From a virus (taxonomy: Duplodnaviria; Caudoviricetes), in the IMG/VR virus record IMGVR_UViG_3300032216_000679, positions 7,408 through 71,407 of that record: 64,000 nt of DNA; one strand, given 5' to 3'. The notes under the pieces are model-generated. The model made no database searches and had not been told where the DNA came from. It saw only the letters and a list, made by a program, of their open reading frames with translations. The position numbers and the translations under genes are program-made. Positions 61,615 to 64,000 of this stretch are shown piece by piece (the stretch's first letter is position 1; every line of letters begins with the position of its first letter).

Positions 61615-62143
61615 TCTTAATGGATGGCCCACAATTAAGGATGCTCATGATCCTCGTTTAGTGGCTATCAAAATTCCTGGAACAAGTCATACAATTCATG
61701 CTGCAAAAGGTCCACACGTTGTTTTTGCTGCGTATCTTGCTGATTGGAATCGCCTCATGCCTGCTCGTTTGAAGTTAACAAACAAGCAAATGGTGGCATG
61801 TTGGGTATACCGTCAAGCACGTTCAGGTGCTGGACTTTCCAATCATTCATCAGCCACAGCGGTTGATGTTTGTTGGAATACCGTTCTTAAAGCAGATAAC
61901 CAAAAGCATATGACGGCAGCAGAAAATGATATTCTTAAACAAATTCTTGGATGGTATGTTACAGCAGACGGGCATCACATTATTTCTAATGGAGAACACT
62001 GGGGTCGTGCCGATGGTATGCATAACGAATTATCCCAAAAATGGGACAAAGAGGCTGGCGCTAAAAGAACCACCACAATGAAAGATGTTCAAGAAGTTAT
62101 TGATCGACTCAAGATTGACTCTAAGGGCAATCGTCCACTATAA
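61604..62143 (+). CDS. endolysin, M15-family peptidase (mycobacteriophage LysA-like catalytic domain)
   Basis: SLNGWP, CWVYRQAR, LSNHSSATAVD, DGMHNE. Confidence 0.78.
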   Translation: MEVSLNGWPTIKDAHDPRLVAIKIPGTSHTIHAAKGPHVVFAAYLADWNRLMPARLKLTNKQMVACWVYRQARSGAGLSNHSSATAVDVCWNTVLKADNQKHMTAAENDILKQILGWYVTADGHHIISNGEHWGRADGMHNELSQKWDKEAGAKRTTTMKDVQEVIDRLKIDSKGNRPL

Positions 62144-62172
62144 TAGCATTACAAATTTAAGGAGTAATATCT

Positions 62173-62325
62173 ATGAACACAATCAAAAAGATATTCTCTA
62201 ATCTTTTTGCTGCCCCCACAAACGGGCACAACAGGATTTATAGAGAGTGGGACAAGCGACGCAATGCAGCAATGTCTCCCAGCGAATTATCTGAAATTGA
62301 TGCCATTTTTGCCCGTCATATGTAG
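62173..62325 (+). CDS. small hypothetical protein (50 aa); absent from the ORF track
   Basis: SD AAGGAG; MNTIKKIFSNLFAAP...SELSEIDAIFARHM. Confidence 0.6.
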   Translation: MNTIKKIFSNLFAAPTNGHNRIYREWDKRRNAAMSPSELSEIDAIFARHM

Positions 62326-62338
62326 TTAGGATACTATT

Positions 62339-62839
62339 ATGCAAACTTTTGTACCCTTTGATGATTTTGATAAATCAGCACAGGTGCTAGATAGCAAACG
62401 TCTTAATAAGCAATTGCTAGAAGGTCGTCAGATCTATAGCATTTTAGCCTCAGGGAAGCGCACAGGCGCTTGGGTAAATCATCCTGCGGTAAATATGTGG
62501 CGTAATTATGATATGTCTTTGTTTAATTATCTTTATGCCATCAAAGACGAATGTGATTACCGTGGAATCAAAACTGAAAACAACTGGAATGCTATTCTTG
62601 ACATTCATGAAAAGAACTGGTATCGTGGTAACAACGTAGTCATGCCGCCGTGGTGGGGAGATGATCGTGTTCATCTTTCTCATCAAGGCAGACTATATGA
62701 GAAAAGTCCTGATGAATATATGGAATTTTATACAACATATTCATTGGGATGGAAAACCTGTTGTAACAAATGTACATATTTTTGGCCTACACATACCAAT
62801 CAATATGCAGCAAAATTTGCTGGGTATATAGTAAATTAG
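62339..62839 (+). CDS. pyrimidine-dimer DNA glycosylase / endonuclease V-like protein
   Basis: MQTFVP...LDSKRLNKQLLEGRQI, NHPAVNMW, PPWWG...HLSH. Confidence 0.8.
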   Translation: MQTFVPFDDFDKSAQVLDSKRLNKQLLEGRQIYSILASGKRTGAWVNHPAVNMWRNYDMSLFNYLYAIKDECDYRGIKTENNWNAILDIHEKNWYRGNNVVMPPWWGDDRVHLSHQGRLYEKSPDEYMEFYTTYSLGWKTCCNKCTYFWPTHTNQYAAKFAGYIVN

Positions 62840-62846
62840 GAGAATC

Positions 62847-63047
62847 ATGGCAAAGCAAAAAGAACAATACACAGAAGAAGACGAGCAGGCTCTCAAGAAT
62901 CTTGAATCTGCTGCTGCTGTTATGCGTAAGGGTATGGGCGGTAAGGCTGGAGAAGCCTCAGAAAGCAAGTATCTTGAAGCATACAAGCGTTGCTATCAGT
63001 TGGGTTTAAAGGATTATCCTCCTGTAATTGGTGCGACTACTCGTTAG
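62847..63047 (+). CDS. hypothetical protein
   Basis: SD AGGAG; 66 aa. Confidence 0.65.
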   Translation: MAKQKEQYTEEDEQALKNLESAAAVMRKGMGGKAGEASESKYLEAYKRCYQLGLKDYPPVIGATTR

Positions 63048-63056
63048 TGTATGAAT

Positions 63057-63130
63057 GCGAATATAGTTTAGTGGCAGAATAAGACACTTCCAATGTTTTG
63101 GCGTGAGTTCGATTCTCACTATTCGCTCCA
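63057..63130 (+). tRNA. tRNA-Gly (anticodon UCC)
   Basis: acceptor GCGAATA/TATTCGC, loop CTTCCAA, T arm GTGAG-TTCGATT-CTCAC, T-CCA end. Confidence 0.9.
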
Positions 63131-63131
63131 A

Positions 63132-63204
63132 ACCCGTGTAACTCAGTGGAGAGAGTCACAAACTTCTAATTTGTTGGTCGCTGGTTCGATTCCAGCCACG
63201 GGTG
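63132..63204 (+). tRNA. tRNA-Arg (anticodon UCU)
   Basis: acceptor ACCCGTG/CACGGGT, D arm ACTC/GAGT, ACAAA-CTTCTAA-TTTGT, T arm GCTGG-TTCGATT-CCAGC; no encoded CCA. Confidence 0.9.
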
Positions 63205-63210
63205 CGAACA

Positions 63211-63219
63211 TGATATACT
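63211..63219 (+). promoter_or_regulatory. extended -10 TGATATACT, 7 nt before ATG (leaderless)
   Basis: motif and spacing. Confidence 0.6.
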
Positions 63220-63226
63220 TGGCGTC

Positions 63227-63625
63227 ATGGAACTAAAAGAAAAAATAGTAGAATTAAGAAATCAAAATAAAACTTATGATGAGATTAAAAAAATACTAGG
63301 CTGCTCAAAATCAACCATAGCATATCACTTATCAGAAGGACAAAAACAAAAAACATTAGATCGTACTCACAAGAGTAGAAGAATTATTGCTGAGTTTTTA
63401 TCTAACTATAAAGAATCTAGAGGATGCATGGATTGTGGAGAAATGTATCCATATTTCATTTTACAGTTTGATCACATTAAAGAAAAAAGTTTTCAAATAT
63501 CAAATCATAGAAAATATACTAAATCTTTAGAAAAAATTAAAGAAGAAGTGGAAAAATGTGAAGTTGTTTGTGGCAACTGCCATGCATTAAGAACTTATAT
63601 AAGAAGAATGAAAGATCAGACATAG
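63227..63625 (+). CDS. HTH-HNH endonuclease (paralogue of 51594)
   Basis: N-terminal KTYDEIKKILGCSKSTIAYHL; GCMDC...LQFDHI...CEVVCGNCH. Confidence 0.85.
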   Translation: MELKEKIVELRNQNKTYDEIKKILGCSKSTIAYHLSEGQKQKTLDRTHKSRRIIAEFLSNYKESRGCMDCGEMYPYFILQFDHIKEKSFQISNHRKYTKSLEKIKEEVEKCEVVCGNCHALRTYIRRMKDQT

Positions 63626-63701
63626 ATATACGCCTGATATTTTCCAAGGTGGGGCAGGGGTAGCGAGACAGAAATCAATTATTTAAGGATATAATACTGT
63701 T

Positions 63702-64000
63702 GTGAAAAACAAAGAAAGAATTGTTATTGTCACAGATGCTTGGTTTCCCCAAACCAATGGTGTCGTTACTACCCTTAGCAATATGGTGGAAAGATTAAAA
63801 AAAGATTACGAAGTTCTTGTCATAAATCCCAGCATGTTTTATAATTTTAAATTACATTTTTATAAAGAGATTATGATTTCTATTCCTAAAGGAATGAAGA
63901 ATAAAATTATTGATTTTGATCCAGACTATATCCATATTGCTACTGAAGGTCCGTTGGGTATTGCTGCGAGAAGATACTGTGAAAAAAACAATAAACAATA
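63702..64000 (+). CDS. GT4-family glycosyltransferase, N-terminal part (runs off the window); absent from the ORF track
   Basis: GTG 6 nt after TATAAT; IVIVTDAWFPQTNGVVTTL...PDYIHIATEGPLG. Confidence 0.85.
   Translation, partial: MKNKERIVIVTDAWFPQTNGVVTTLSNMVERLKKDYEVLVINPSMFYNFKLHFYKEIMISIPKGMKNKIIDFDPDYIHIATEGPLGIAARRYCEKNNKQ

Noticed and set aside
63631-63665. GC-rich patch after the HNH gene as a tRNA remnant or terminator
   Set aside because: Only a 4-bp CCTG/CAGG pairing; no T-loop or cloverleaf. Too weak to call.
1-64000. Stop-codon reassignment
   Set aside because: Very long ORFs are intact under code 11, and TAA, TAG and TGA all end genes at expected boundaries; no suppressor tRNA was seen.
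1-64000. Integrase, att site, transposase or diversity-generating retroelement
   Set aside because: No recombinase or reverse transcriptase motifs, and no TR/VR-like adenine-mismatched repeat pair noticed. The TMP repeats differ mostly at synonymous positions of all base types.

Overview
This is a 64-kb segment of an AT-rich, large-genome tailed phage (siphovirus morphotype), and essentially every credible gene is on the + strand. An actinobacterial host is inferred from a WhiB gene, a mycobacteriophage-type M15 lysin and pervasive leaderless promoters. Gene order: 2OG-Fe(II) oxygenases and fibre/Cys-rich genes; class II RNR (nrdJ); head module (portal, protease/scaffold, major capsid); neck and tail module (tail tube, frameshifted chaperone, 3261-aa tape measure, tail-tip proteins); replication/recombination module (DnaB, DnaG, SSB, DnaE, MazG, RecA, Cas4-like, RuvC); secreted lytic transglycosylase; terminase; then an accessory region (deaminase, WhiB, four glycosyltransferases, Dps, HAD phosphatase, lysin, endonuclease V-like, three tRNAs, HNH genes). 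No CRISPR array, integrase, rRNA, intein or intron was seen. Best leads: (1) a repeat-bounded, in-frame cassette inside the tape measure protein carrying an R-S-ExE ADP-ribosyltransferase-like domain; (2) a C-terminal K-x-x-W-G-G-x-F tag, preceded by a probable prohead-protease site, shared by the scaffold and three distant accessory proteins, which may be a cleavable capsid-loading signal; (3) a possible prolyl-hydroxylase plus GT60 hydroxyproline-glycosylation pathway; (4) a 102-nt rod-shaped RNA candidate between ssb and dnaE; (5) a tRNA-Ile(UAU). All domain calls come from motif recognition by eye, not from database searches.
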